A stretch of DNA of 63,201 nt, filler included, from Stramenopiles sp. TOSAG23-2 (Eukaryota): assembly GCA_900128395.1 (NCBI GenBank). It is 47 parts of 47 records of this genome, joined end to end, with 100 filler letters (N's around TTAATTAATTAA, not from the genome) between each part and the next. Parts side by side here need not be neighbours in the genome. Positions count along the whole stretch, not along the records: positions 1 to 1,256 come from LT653332.1; positions 1,357 to 2,612 come from LT653333.1; positions 2,713 to 3,968 come from LT653334.1; positions 4,069 to 5,323 come from LT653335.1; positions 5,424 to 6,677 come from LT653336.1; positions 6,778 to 8,030 come from LT653337.1; positions 8,131 to 9,382 come from LT653338.1; positions 9,483 to 10,734 come from LT653339.1; 39 more parts are not named here. One strand, 5' to 3'. The position numbers and the translations under genes were made by a program. Of the stretch, positions 1 to 11,438 are shown one piece after another; positions within the stretch are counted from its first letter, which is position 1; every line of letters begins with the position of its first letter. The notes below the pieces were generated by a model. It did no database searches, was not told where the DNA came from, and worked only from the letters and a program-made list of their open reading frames with translations.

Positions 1-2
1 TT

Positions 3-776
3 GAAAAAATAATAGAAACAAATACTAATGATGATGATGAAAGGACAATATCAATCAAAACAAGACGTGTTGCAGTAGAACCATGTCAAGCAATTGTATT
101 TGATATGGATGGTTTGATGATTGACAGCGAACCATTATGGCATATTGCTGAGCGTGAATGTTTTCATGAATGTGATATTGATTTAAAAGATTCAGATCTA
201 CTTGATACGACTGGTTTAAGAATAGATGAAGTAGTTGAATTTAATTTTAAAAAATTTGGAAAAGTATTAAATACAGAAACAAAAGAGGTTGTTGTTGAAA
301 ATATTGTATCTCGTATGGTTAGTTTATTATGTGAACGTGGTATGTCAATAAAAAAACCTGGATTAGATCAAATTATATCATTTTTTCAAAAGAAAAATTT
401 ACCATTAGCTGTAGCATCTTCATCGCCAATGCGATTAATCGAAGCTGGATTAACAGGTCTTGGTCTATTCAATAAAGAAACGAAAACATCTGAAATATTT
501 TCTGTTATTGTATCTGCAGAAGCAGAAAAATTAGGAAAACCATATCCTGGTGTTTATTTAACAGCAGCATCGAAACTTGGTGTACCACCATCAAGTTGTT
601 TAGCATTAGAAGATTCTTTAAATGGAACACTTGCTGCAAAATCAGCAAAAATGAAATGCATTTCCGTCCCTGAAGATTATGAAAATCGTTCCCTTGCGTT
701 TCATATAGCAAATGTACAATTACGTTCTTTGGAAGATATGAATGAGACAATATGGAATGGTATTTGGAGGACATAG
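3..776 (+). CDS. HAD-superfamily phosphatase (HxpB/YniC-like), 5' partial
   Basis: Motif I FDMDGLMIDSEPLW, motif II VASSS, motif III GKPYPGVY, motif IV LEDSLNG; frame is open to the contig start. Confidence 0.9.
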   Translation, partial: EKIIETNTNDDDERTISIKTRRVAVEPCQAIVFDMDGLMIDSEPLWHIAERECFHECDIDLKDSDLLDTTGLRIDEVVEFNFKKFGKVLNTETKEVVVENIVSRMVSLLCERGMSIKKPGLDQIISFFQKKNLPLAVASSSPMRLIEAGLTGLGLFNKETKTSEIFSVIVSAEAEKLGKPYPGVYLTAASKLGVPPSSCLALEDSLNGTLAAKSAKMKCISVPEDYENRSLAFHIANVQLRSLEDMNETIWNGIWRT

Positions 777-1256
777 ATAACCTTCAAGCTATATATATAC
801 CTGGTACGACGATGTGATGATTTATTTATTTGTCTATGATGTGCACATGTTCACGACTAATAAATTAATTTTCTATATAAATTACCAAAATTACCATTTT
901 TATTTCAAACTATTTTACTGAATGTCCATTACTAAGATTTTATAAATAGAATAAGTTAACACAAATAAACAATACAATCTTAAGAGAAAGGAAGGTACAA
1001 AAAATATACAGGAATACCACACAGGTATTAATAAAAAGAGGAGGAGACGTAAATTGAATTTTGATTTTGTGACTGAAACATTTATATATATTGTGATAAT
1101 CATATCAATCAAAACAATTAGGATAGAATCGTGCATATAGATGTGCATGCCTTTACCAGTTTGTGTGATTGATTTATAATATTAAAAATAATTCAAATAA
1201 GAGATTAATAGGAATATATAGACTTAATTAATAATAATAATATATTTATATATGTA

Positions 1257-1356
1257 NNNNNNNNNNNNNNNNNNNNNNNNNNNNNNNNNNNNNNNNNNNN
1301 TTAATTAATTAANNNNNNNNNNNNNNNNNNNNNNNNNNNNNNNNNNNNNNNNNNNN
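1257..1356. other. Artificial contig spacer (N44-TTAATTAATTAA-N44); first of 46 identical spacers
   Basis: The identical 100-nt block recurs about every 1.35 kb, the 12-mer gives stops in all six frames, and the flanking contigs are sorted by length. Confidence 0.99.
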
Positions 1357-1667
1357 AAAGAGGGGGGGAACCAGGGCACCAGGTACCACCAGAGTATCTA
1401 TACAAGTCTTCAAATAAAATAATTATGCCATTATTTGCCATCATAGTATTGCAACCTATTATAGTAGCATTGCAGTACAATTATGATATTGTATATTGTA
1501 TTATGATGTATCGTATATAATATCATATATACATATATATATTATATACAGTAGATGACAAGATATATATATATTATAGACGTAGCAAACAGTGAACAAG
1601 AAAACAGAAACTTCAAAACGTAAAAGAGAAAATAATTATATATACAAGATACAAAGTACAACAGACA

Positions 1668-2612
1668 ATGATGTCAATACGTCGTGTTAAAACTATTAGT
1701 GCAATAATCGTAATTGTATTGGTACAATGTACGTTAATTAAGAGTCACTCAGCAGCAAGAGGTAGTATTCAAATTCATACAGCAACTACAGATACAAGTG
1801 GCATGGCTGGTAAATTGACGTATTCTGGGGCATATTTTATGTTCGTGTACAACAGGAGAAATCATCCAAAAGATACCACAACAACAACGTGTGAACCGGG
1901 TGAAGGTGTTAATGTACCAGTGATTATAGATAAAAAAATTTCAGACGACGCATACACAGAACAAACTTCTTGTACAAAGAATCAGCTTAAAGAAGTTGAT
2001 TCAGTGCCTGACTGTAAAAACGCCTACAAACTTCTTCTTGCAGTACATGGTGGTTTTTACGCTAATGACCAAGTAAGAGATGAATTGAACAAAGCCGAAG
2101 TAAAGGAGAGTAAATGCTCTACTCGTTATAGAGAAGGCAAGTGGAATTATAACAAAAATACTAATGACAGAAAATGCGGTAATTCTATTCATCAAGGAAC
2201 AGGATTTGACTGCATATGCCTAATTCCTGAATGCTCTAAATGCCCAAAAAATACATTCAGTAAAGGTGGTGAAAAAGCAATATGTGAACCCTGCAAAACG
2301 CCAAGTTTAACAAATAAAGAAAGGACCAAATGTATAGACCCAGCTGGACAACTTGATTCAATTATAAAGCAATTAGATGCACAAAAAGAAAAAACAAATG
2401 ATTTATCCATCAAAAATTCACGTTTATGGCAAAAAGAAGAAACCAGAATGGAACATGATAAAATTATGCAAGAACGTAAAGAAAAAGACAATAAGAAGGA
2501 AACAGAACATTGCAAATACGAACGTGAAAAGGGCACAGCCATTTTTCCTGCAATGGAAATTTCTCAAGAAATTGAAAAAGTAGAAGATACAACATGTTTA
2601 GATATGAATCGT
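1668..2612 (+). CDS. Secreted Cys-rich protein (TNFR/GCC-like Cys modules) followed by a coiled coil, 3' partial
   Basis: Hydrophobic N-terminus IIVIVLVQCTLIKS; CEPGEG and CSKCPKNTFSKGG..CEPC motifs; charged heptads downstream. Confidence 0.65.
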
Positions 2613-2712
2613 NNNNNNNNNNNNNNNNNNNNNNNNNNNNNNNNNNNNNNNNNNNNTTAATTAATTAANNNNNNNNNNNNNNNNNNNNNNNNNNNNNNNN
2701 NNNNNNNNNNNN

Positions 2713-2932
2713 TGAGTTGATTCAATTGTTATTAACTCATATGTCTCTTAATAGCATTAATAAGAAGGCCGGGTTCGGGGGATCCACTCCCCTGGACAAT
2801 GCATATCGTAATAATCATAGTCCACTTCGCCAAGAAATCATTGCACTTTTACGTTCAAAAGGTGGAAAAGCAAATTATTTTGATGAAAATGGTAGACTTG
2901 TAGGATTAGGTAATGGTGATTTAAATCATTGA
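2713..2932 (+). CDS. Ankyrin-repeat family protein, C-terminus (family copy A)
   Basis: INKK..GSTPLDNAY..IIALLRSKGG ankyrin unit; near-identical to 25155..25584. Confidence 0.85.
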
Positions 2933-3004
2933 AAAGAGAAAGGGAAAGGAAGGGAAAGGAAATACCAGTAAAACATATTATCTGGCGATATATATAATAT
3001 TTTT

Positions 3005-3775
3005 ATACTCAAGCGCAAGAATAATATTCTATCCTAATAGTAAAGCGTAAAGCTCTAATGCACCTCTGCAAACCAATGCTTGAGAGTATTGAGCATATTA
3101 ACTATTACGCGTAACTTAACACGAGAAGTGTAAAATATTATATTATAACACTTTAGATTTTAACCATCATAATATATTTTTATATATGTAAAATTATTAT
3201 TAACTTAGATTTTCACCACATCAGTATATAAATTTCAAATATTATTAATGGAGTTTAAAAAAATCTATATAATCTAACAAAAATTAAATTGGCTTAAAGC
3301 ACAATGGGTCAATGAAACTTGTAGAAATCTAATATATGATTTGAGATGTTAATTTCCGGGAGTAAAAGAAATTTATATAATATAATGAAGAGAAAATAAT
3401 ACTTCGTATACGTATATAGACATATTGATATTATCAATTTTATAATTTACCGCACCATAATTTTTTATCGTATTTTTATACGATATATTAGGCGCACATA
3501 TATATATGTATATTACGTATATCACAGCAGGATCTTTCACTTCGACAACCTCACCGTTTTCGAATGAGCCCGGCGTCCAGCGCGTTCAACGAAAGCGCAT
3601 GGAAGTATTTGTGCTTGTAGAGTATTAGTTTGCAGAGGTGCATTAGAGCTTTACTATAGTATATACGAGCTCGTAGTAGGATAGCATATTTTATTCTTGC
3701 GATTGAGTATTGAGCATATTACTTAACACCGAGAAGAGTGTAAAAATATTATAACTTAGATTTTAACCATCATTA
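3005..3775. repeat. Two copies of a ~165-bp repeat, the first ~80 bp inverted in copy 2; third partial copy at ~3934-3968
   Basis: 3005-3080 matches the reverse complement of ~3621-3710 (AAAGCTCTAATGCACCTCTGCAAAC); 3084-3170 matches 3705-3773 directly (GAGTATTGAGCATATT...TTAGATTTTAACCATCAT). Confidence 0.8.
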
Positions 3776-3823
3776 TCTATAAAAATATTTTAAATATAAC
3801 AAGATGTCCTACCCTCTCCTTGG

Positions 3824-3855
3824 GAATACAGTGCTTGAGCCCAATATTAATATCT
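3824..3855 (+). repeat. Dispersed ~31-bp element GAATACAGTG..TGAGCC(C)AATATTAATATCT; second copy at 16242-16272; possible Tc1/mariner-like terminus
   Basis: Same sequence on two independent contigs; begins TA|CAGTG as Tc1-type TIRs do. Confidence 0.45.
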
Positions 3856-4070
3856 ATCTCACTAGACTCTTTTGGAAGTCAAGTTTTTAAAAATTATTTC
3901 GCTGTGTCAGAAATTTTTTAATTATCCATCTCATTGAGTATTTGAGCATATTATTTAACCACGGGAAGNNNNNNNNNNNNNNNNNNNNNNNNNNNNNNNN
4001 NNNNNNNNNNNNTTAATTAATTAANNNNNNNNNNNNNNNNNNNNNNNNNNNNNNNNNNNNNNNNNNNNGT

Positions 4071-4910
4071 GTAGTTATAACACCGGAGCCTGTTCCTGTA
4101 TTAGTTCCTGGTCAAAGTGGTGCAGCACCTGAACAAGAATCACCAAAAGCTGAAACCGGAGCATCTACCGGTAGTGCAGAGCCAGAAGCAAAACCATTAG
4201 TTTGGGATAAAATTAAAAGATTGTACGATGAAAATAAAGACAATAAAATTAGCTGGGCAGAACTTATTGCAGCAGCGCCAAAATTAAATACTCTACGTAT
4301 GAAAACAATATTTATTAAAATCGCTGGTCCAAAAGGTTTAGCAAGCTACAATGATTATTTAAAGTTCGTTACACATGCGAAAAAAGTACCAGATGCACCA
4401 AAAGAACCTGAAACCCCAAGTGAGCCAATGAGACCTACACCAAGTGAGCCAATGGAACCAATGAGACCTACACCAATGGAGCCAATGAAACCTCCAACTA
4501 TGTGCCCAATGCCACGTTGTATGCCACCACAGCCACATTGTATTATTGAACCAAGTATGGAAAAGAATGAAAACGGTTGTCCAAAATATCCATGTGGTAA
4601 AATTACATGTGAACCTAAAGCACCGAAGGTGGAACCAATGGAGCCTGTCACTGTAGCGCCAAAACCAATGGAGAAACATTGGGAAAAGGTTTTAAGATTA
4701 TATGACGAAAACAAAGATAATAAAGTAAGCTGGAGTGAGTTGATTAAGGCACAGCCTAAATTAAATACGATGGAAATGAAAGCAATTTTCAACAATATTT
4801 CAAAAAATCAAGGTGGTTTAGCTAGTTATAATGACTACATACAATTTGTCAAACGATCTGAAGAAGTAAAACCAATGGCAAGGCCAATGATGATGGATAG
4901 GAGATTGTAA
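4071..4910 (+). CDS. Protein with two EF-hand-pair modules separated by a Pro/Met-rich and Cys-rich linker, 5' partial
   Basis: LYDENKDNKISWAEL and LYDENKDNKVSWSEL; PMEPM repeats; CPMPRC...GCPKYPCGKITC. Confidence 0.75.
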   Translation, partial: VVITPEPVPVLVPGQSGAAPEQESPKAETGASTGSAEPEAKPLVWDKIKRLYDENKDNKISWAELIAAAPKLNTLRMKTIFIKIAGPKGLASYNDYLKFVTHAKKVPDAPKEPETPSEPMRPTPSEPMEPMRPTPMEPMKPPTMCPMPRCMPPQPHCIIEPSMEKNENGCPKYPCGKITCEPKAPKVEPMEPVTVAPKPMEKHWEKVLRLYDENKDNKVSWSELIKAQPKLNTMEMKAIFNNISKNQGGLASYNDYIQFVKRSEEVKPMARPMMMDRRL

Positions 4911-5323
4911 ACATAATGGGAAAATTTGTGAGAAGAGAGATATGATACGACCCGTTCGTATATTTTCTGATAATAAAAAAAATAAAATATCATATAATTA
5001 TATTTGAAAGAGATATGAAAAATATTTTTTTAATATGATATATGTTCGTTGTTCTCCGTATCAATCCTCTCTACTTGAAAAATGTTTATACGCCTTTGAA
5101 TTTTAATTCATAAGTAAACATAATGGGAAAATTTGTGAGAAGAGAGATATGATACGACCCGTTCGTATCATATATTTTCTGATAATAAAAAAAATAAAAT
5201 ATCATATATTATATTTGAAAGAGATATGAAAAATATTTTTTTAATATGATATAAGTTCGTTGTTCTCTGTATCAATCCTCTCTACTTGAAAAATGTTTAT
5301 ACGCCTTTGAATTTTAATTCATA
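4907..5323 (+). repeat. Tandem duplication (~207-bp unit) of the 3' flank
   Basis: 4907-5113 is repeated at 5114-5323 with a few SNPs and indels, ending at the contig end. Confidence 0.9.
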
Positions 5324-5864
5324 NNNNNNNNNNNNNNNNNNNNNNNNNNNNNNNNNNNNNNNNNNNNTTAATTAATTAANNNNNNNNNNNNNNNNNNNNN
5401 NNNNNNNNNNNNNNNNNNNNNNNTCCAAAAATGACCAATGTTAATTGGATGAAAATATCTAGAATATCCGATTTTTTACATTATCCTATATAAATATATA
5501 TCTACAGTATACTAAATTTGTACTAAATAGACCCCGCCTAAACAACAATTTATAACTAAGGACAATAGGAAAATACTATATTTTAACAACTTCTGTTGTT
5601 GAAGAAAAATGATGACATGATTTCACACTCTAACCTACCACAAAGATTCATTTAACTCCTCTCCTCTCTTCAGAAAAAATGAACAAATACTGTGTATGAT
5701 ACAACAACAACAACAACTATATGTATGGTATGAAGAAAATATTATAGCATATGTGGGAGGCATGATAAAGGAACCCTCCCATACATACATACACATACAA
5801 AATATAGAATTTTAAACCATACAGCATATACAGAGATATTTTTTTTTGTTCAATATAGTTCAAT

Positions 5865-6677
5865 ATGACATCATTAATATCAACATTAGAAAAAACAACA
5901 TTAAACAAAAATAATCATAATAATATAACAACATGGAGTATATCAAATATTTATACGACCTTCGATAAACAATTAAAACCCGGTGAAATTGCAAATTATA
6001 TAAAACCAATACATATGATTGGGCGTATAACATCGAAAAAAATATTAGGAAAGAATCTATGTTTTATACATCTATGTAATCATAATATTGATACTAGTAG
6101 TGATAATTCAACAATAAATAATAAATCAATTCAATTAGAATTACATCATATACATTTCAAAGATACGTTTGAACGAATGAATATATTCCGTAATATTCTT
6201 GGTAAAAATGATACGATTGAATGTATAGGTCTTCCAGCAAAAACACCTTCTATTGGTAAAATGTCTTTTATTATACATTCGCTGAATATAATACGAATAC
6301 AACAAAATATTCGTGGGATTGAACGAGTATTGCAAGGTTTAGAAACATTTGATAAACAATTACCATTAATATCTGAAGCATCTTTATGGTTACAATGTGA
6401 AAAAAAAGATCTTGCTATGCTTAGAAAGCTTCAAATTGAATCATCATCATCAGGAGATAGAAAATTATTTCGCAAAGCTTTACGTTTTGTAACAAATAAT
6501 TTAGGAATGGGACGTGGACCAAAACAACGTACTCTTGCTGATATTGGACCATTTATATTAGAAATGAAAAATAGAAAAAAAAAAAAATGTAAAAATAATG
6601 TCAACAATAATAATATATCAATGGTTCGTCAAAAACGTGTTCAAGAAATTGTTGCTCGTAGACAAGCTGGACTTGTA
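5865..6677 (+). CDS. OB-fold (anticodon-binding-like) protein continuing into the start of a TrmH/SpoU RNA methyltransferase domain, 3' partial
   Basis: IGRITSKKILGKNLCFIHL...DTIECIGLP resembles the LysRS/AspRS OB fold; terminal VRQKRVQEIVARRQAGLV matches the TrmH N-terminus (R..R..E..ARRQ..L). Confidence 0.6.
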
Positions 6678-6777
6678 NNNNNNNNNNNNNNNNNNNNNNN
6701 NNNNNNNNNNNNNNNNNNNNNTTAATTAATTAANNNNNNNNNNNNNNNNNNNNNNNNNNNNNNNNNNNNNNNNNNNN

Positions 6778-8029
6778 TCCAACGTATCTGAACCTTTTTC
6801 TTGTCGTACCCGTTGTTATCCACTAAATCATAATTTTTCTTGATGTAACGTAATTCTTCAAATGCAATTCGCAATACGTCAGATACTGATACACGTTTGT
6901 GATAAACGGCATGCCATATTTCCCATCTTGATCGCTCAACCGTTGCTAGATCATCCAACGCACTAACAGATGTAGGGACTCCACCATAATTTCGTGTTGC
7001 AGGTAATGCAACATTGCCATTTCCTGACAACCATTCTGCTAAATATTGTAATGCTTGGAAGAAATTAAAACGTATGTCCTTCATCAAAGCATTATTATCA
7101 CTATCATTACCATCGTTGCGATTGAAAAAATCAGCAGCAATTAATGATTGCGAAAATGTTTCTGATAATGGATCTAATGTCTCACCATCACCACCATTGA
7201 TAAATTTAAATAAGTCTTCTCGATCAACGGAATTAGTAACTAATGAACGAATTAATTGCTGAAGATCCTGACTGTTTTCACGATTATTCCATGCTTCAAC
7301 GATTGCTAATCCAATACGTCCAAATCTTGGATATGCAAACCAAAATCCGTTTAATCCACGTTTTAATTGCGTAATAACATCTTTGAAATAACCTATTAAA
7401 CAAACCTGAAACGATGGGCTTTTCATGTCATCATCATCTGGCACTAGGCCATACATGCCTCCAACACATATGCCTTTTCGCGGTCCAATAACATTTGCAA
7501 TCATTTCATGTGCCGCTTTCATATGTTTAATGACAATATTTGGATCGCTTTTTGGCGGTATCCTGTATGTTGATCCTTGATGAAACAATCTAGTAGCAGA
7601 TGCTAAGTAATCGTGCCAACCAAGGGAACCACCAGCAAAGTATGGATGAAGTGCATCTGCAATTTCATTAACACGAAAGATTGCTCGTGGATTTTCAAAT
7701 ACGACAATAATTCGCACTGTTCCTAATTTATATGATGGATATCGTTGTTGCAATAAACGTTCCGAGCAATCTATCACATTTTTTAAATATAAAGCTTCTT
7801 CTTCATTTTCCAATTTTGGGATATAAAATACCAACGCTTTAGGATTATTCCAGTTTTGATATAAATGAATAGCAAAACTGTATAAATGCATTGGTATTGG
7901 GTTTGAATAGTAAAACAAAAAAGTGCATGGTAATGCAAGTCCTGGCAATCTTACAATTGCTTGTGATGTATTTTTAGTTGAGAAATCATCCCCCACTTGC
8001 AATAATTGTTGGAAACCATCATGCGTCCA
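6778..8029 (-). CDS. Divergent malate synthase-like protein, partial at both ends
   Basis: IVRLPG, FYIPKLE..EEA, FENPRAIF..NEI..AL, GGSLGWHDYLAS, GGM and LDDLATVERSRWEIW parallel malate synthase A motifs. Confidence 0.8.
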
Positions 8030-8130
8030 GNNNNNNNNNNNNNNNNNNNNNNNNNNNNNNNNNNNNNNNNNNNNTTAATTAATTAANNNNNNNNNNNNNN
8101 NNNNNNNNNNNNNNNNNNNNNNNNNNNNNN

Positions 8131-8550
8131 CTGCAACAAGAAAGGGAACAAATGTTAGCACAACAAGCTATTAATATGTCCATGCAACAACAAGAAAAGG
8201 AAATAAATAATATGATGAACAATAATAACAATATGATAAATAGCAACAGCGTTAGTCTAAACGATTTAAATGGAATTGAAAATATGACAAACAATAGCAA
8301 TACCGGTAATGGTGGTGCCAATATGGAACGTATTGATTTAAAGGAAGTACGTGATCAACGTAGGGAAATTGAAAAATTAAGAAATTTATTACAAAATGAA
8401 AAAGAACAAAAAAATATGTTACAAAAAGCATTAGAAAGTGCAGAAAATACGATTATGGATTTGACTATCCAAATCAGTACAATGAATAGTAATCAATTTT
8501 TATTACCATTAAAAAGTGAAGAAAGTCAAAAACCACGAAAGACACCATAG
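8131..8550 (+). CDS. Coiled-coil hypothetical protein, C-terminus
   Basis: Open frame from the contig start; Asn-rich linker and heptad helix. Confidence 0.55.
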   Translation: MQQEREQMLAQQAINMSMQQQEKEINNMMNNNNNMINSNSVSLNDLNGIENMTNNSNTGNGGANMERIDLKEVRDQRREIEKLRNLLQNEKEQKNMLQKALESAENTIMDLTIQISTMNSNQFLLPLKSEESQKPRKTP

Positions 8551-9031
8551 CATATTTATATATATATATATATATTATAATAAATATTATAGTCGTAAAA
8601 GAAAGAGAGGTTTTTTGATGATTCGAATATGATAATCACGTTATAGATGAGCTGTATATTACATATAAATATATATATATATGCATATCGTGTATGCATC
8701 ATCTTATCATATGATAGCTCAGATAGAGTGTTGGATTGGAAATAACATTTTATAAAATATGATGAAATGTGTCTTGTGTATTTTAATCGCTTTCATGTAC
8801 GAATGTAGTTGTATATAAATGTATAATATAATATATAATATAATAAAATTATAAAACTAGAGAAAGGAGAGATACTCTCACACGCACGAAGAAAATACTC
8901 TTTCGATATATGTCACAGACACTCTTTCGTAGTTAGAACGACATGGATCTATCATAATATGACACTACATATCATCGCCTTTTCCTCCCTATCCTATCTT
9001 CTATAATAACCTTATGTATATATATATTTAT

Positions 9032-9201
9032 TTATTCGTCATCTTCTTCTGCCATTTTTCTTTGTGCTACCCGTGGAAGTCCAAATTTATTTGTTTCCAT
9101 CAACATACTTTGTAAAGCATCTCTTTTCTCATTTTCAAACTTTTCAAGTTGTAAACCTATAAAACCACCTGCACCAAACATTAAAACATGTTCCCAAGGA
9201 T
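9032..9201 (-). CDS. NDUFC2: Last exon of mitochondrial complex I subunit B14.5b/NDUFC2-like protein (absent from the ORF track)
   Basis: After a TAG acceptor at 9202-9204 it reads xPWEHVLMFGAGGFIGLQLEKFENEKRDALQSML...*; PWEHV..G.G followed by a charged helix matches plant-type B14.5b as I recall it. Confidence 0.7.
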
Positions 9202-9856
9202 CTATCGAATATTATAATACATAATGTTAGAGATATATCCAGTTTCAGTTAATAATAGTTTAGTACTGTATATATATATATATATACATGGCATAATGCA
9301 TTGAGTATACAACAATATAATTAAGTATGCTGTATAGTTGTATATATACGTTATATTCAGTTGATACTATATGTATATGTATNNNNNNNNNNNNNNNNNN
9401 NNNNNNNNNNNNNNNNNNNNNNNNNNTTAATTAATTAANNNNNNNNNNNNNNNNNNNNNNNNNNNNNNNNNNNNNNNNNNNNGATAATTCCTACTCTTCA
9501 AAAGAATAAAATAACTGAAATAATCTATCTCACACAAGTAGTGTTGATATTCTCATAATCGAAAATACCAATGAAGGTAAATAGATAGTAAAATATTATA
9601 TATATATAAAAATAAAAAAATATAAAAATATAAAAATACGAACACATTTTTACAAAATTTGAAATTTGTGTATTTTATTAATATATACGAGTTCGTACAT
9701 CTTATATATATTTTATACGAACACATATTATGTAAGAGAGAATTTTTATATATATATAATATATTTTTTAAAAAAAATACGAAAAGTTCGTTCGTTCATT
9801 AGAAGTTATGATATCATAACCTAAAAAGTATGATACGAGAAGTGTAGAAAAATATT

Positions 9857-10732
9857 TTACTTTATCATCTGATAAACTTGATTTGGTTCATTAATTTTCA
9901 TACTTTCTAGCCATTTTTTAGCTAGCAGTCTATCTTCCATAAGTGTATAGCATTTACTTAAATTAGTTCTGCTGCAATAATTTTGCGTTACTGCGATAGA
10001 ATCTTCTAGGTTAAAAACGGCATGATGCCAATTTGATGGGACAAATACAATTTCTCCAGGCATTTGTAGAAACTCTCGGTACCAAAAAGCTTCGTTATCT
10101 ATGTGACTGTTATTATTGGTATTTTTTTTTCTTAAATCAGACAATACATCAAAATGCATTTTTATCTTTCTTCTAATTTCTGGCAATTCTAAATAAATCC
10201 AAGAATATAAATCTTCCCAAAGATCTATATCCTCCTCATTTTGTTTTTCATTCTTATTATTATTATTATTAATTCCAATGTCTAAAGATTTTGTTGGTAA
10301 TAGCTCTTTTGGTGTTGCAGGGTGGAATAAAATCCACAATTTCTTTCCGCTGCACAATGCATTCCAAGCCTGCGTGCCCATTGGATCTTGGTGTACTGGG
10401 CTTCCAGAATTTTTAGGGCCGTAAATAAACCACTGGAAGGGTGGCCTTGAGATAGGATCAATATGCTTTAAATAATCATCTTGACTGAATAATGCAGGAC
10501 ATGCAAAATCGTTGATTAGATCCACTTCTTCTTGTTCCATTACTATAGCGTCAAAAATAAGCATTGGATTTCGATCATTGCAACCAATGACATACTTTTC
10601 CATATATTCTCTCAAGTTTAAGCTAACATCAATACCATTTTTATCAACACCACATTGAAAATGAACACAATTTATAAAGTTCCTAGTACATAATTTTTCT
10701 AGTGTCCATTCTTTTTCATTGTCCTTACCATT
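9857..10732 (-). CDS. JmjC-domain hydroxylase/demethylase, JMJD6-like, 5' partial
   Basis: RPPFQWFIYGPKNSGSPVHQDP, AWNALCSGKKLW, PGEIVFVPSNWHHAVFNLEDSIAVTQNY (HxD...H iron triad). Confidence 0.9.
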   Translation of the reverse strand, partial: NGKDNEKEWTLEKLCTRNFINCVHFQCGVDKNGIDVSLNLREYMEKYVIGCNDRNPMLIFDAIVMEQEEVDLINDFACPALFSQDDYLKHIDPISRPPFQWFIYGPKNSGSPVHQDPMGTQAWNALCSGKKLWILFHPATPKELLPTKSLDIGINNNNNKNEKQNEEDIDLWEDLYSWIYLELPEIRRKIKMHFDVLSDLRKKNTNNNSHIDNEAFWYREFLQMPGEIVFVPSNWHHAVFNLEDSIAVTQNYCSRTNLSKCYTLMEDRLLAKKWLESMKINEPNQVYQMIK

Positions 10733-11438
10733 ACNNNNNNNNNNNNNNNNNNNNNNNNNNNNNNNNNNNNNNNNNNNNTTAATTAATTAANNNNNNNNNN
10801 NNNNNNNNNNNNNNNNNNNNNNNNNNNNNNNNNNACTTAGACTAAATGTATATATATATATATATATATATACCACATTCTCTATTTTATTATAATTAAT
10901 TTTTATGTTGTTCATTCAATTTTCAAAAAAAAATTGATGTTTTTTAGCTTTTTTGGTTGGCCATTTGCACCATATTCCAGGCATTTGGATTTGAGGAGGA
11001 GGAGAGAGTTTTTGCTGGCTGGCTGGTTTGTTTTTGGATATTCCTGTATAATAATCTTAGGGAGCTAGGCTTAGCACAAAGAACATCAGCACATTTCTAA
11101 CATCAGCATCTCATTTGGCGGGTTTTGGAAGTAGAACAGCCTTTTTATTTTAATAAATTTTGATAGTATACTAAAACGTTGTTACCTCGACATGTAGGAC
11201 TTCCTTCATCTCATCCTTAAATATTAGCAAAAATCTATCAAATTAAGTATTTATCCGATACAAAAGCTCTTTTGATCGAGGACGCCTTATAGTAGGCATA
11301 ACTACAACACATTGCACGTATAAATACTCATCCTCGTCTGATAATACATACTATATGTATAATAATATTTGATGTCAAAAAATAGTATATACAACATAAA
11401 TAGAAATAAAAAGAAATTACTAACATCTTCCAAAAAAC

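Noticed and set aside
1301-1312. Regularly spaced TTAATTAATTAA as a CRISPR-like or biological repeat
   Set aside because: Always centred in N runs; a synthetic six-frame-stop linker
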